DNA from: Myxococcota bacterium
GTDB lineage: Bacteria; Myxococcota; Myxococcia; Myxococcales; Myxococcaceae
Assembly: GCA_049322255.1 (NCBI GenBank)
Contig: JBMORE010000019.1
Location: 1-34,228, forward strand
Direction: 5' to 3'
Length of the DNA: 34,228 nt
A model generated the notes under the pieces. The model did not search any database and had not been told where the DNA came from. It was given only the letters and a program-made list of their open reading frames with translations. Positions 34,180-34,228 of the stretch are shown here, one piece after another. The translations under genes and the position numbers were made by a program. Position 1 is the stretch's first letter; every line of letters starts with the position of its first letter.

Positions 34180-34228
34180 GGATGGACAGGTGCTTCGCCG
34201 CCGTTGGCGCGCGCCCAAGCGGGAAGCG

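Noticed and set aside
1..34228. CRISPR array, tRNA, rRNA, prophage or anti-phage defence operon
   Set aside because: I saw no regularly spaced nucleotide repeats, structural RNA signatures, or phage/defence motifs. All repeats found are protein-level.
34182..34228. Possible next gene starting at ATG 34182
   Set aside because: Only ~15 codons fall inside the window, which is too little to support a call.

Overview
High-GC bacterial DNA whose gene content points to Myxococcota (MYXO-CTERM-type tails, DUF1592/DUF1552 pair, FHA-sigma54 activator plus Ser/Thr kinase). It is probably a draft scaffold, with one 100-N gap at 12368-12467. The left ~17 kb is a dense block of secreted and lipid-anchored surface proteins: a three-repeat Cys-rich lipoprotein, Gly-rich proteins, a beta-helix protein, a Big_5 lipoprotein, two alpha/beta hydrolases and a LamG-like lipoprotein, with dapD embedded. 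The middle holds a minus-strand cluster (DUF1592, DUF1552, TPR, FHA-EBP, kinase) behind a candidate sigma54 promoter. The right part has yjbQ, beta-barrel proteins, SpoIID/LytB, a VapC remnant, an ECF sigma/anti-sigma operon, a BlaI/BlaR1-like pair and an aldehyde dehydrogenase. Most notable: (i) an M56 sensor protease whose C-terminal domain resembles the Tad-secretin N-terminal domain, with two matching palindromic operator boxes over its promoter; (ii) a -10-like hexamer 6-9 nt before nine start codons, suggesting widespread leaderless transcription; (iii) a shared Ig plus GCxC sorting module on unrelated passengers. All family calls come from motif recognition by eye; no searches were run. 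No rRNA, tRNA or CRISPR array was seen.
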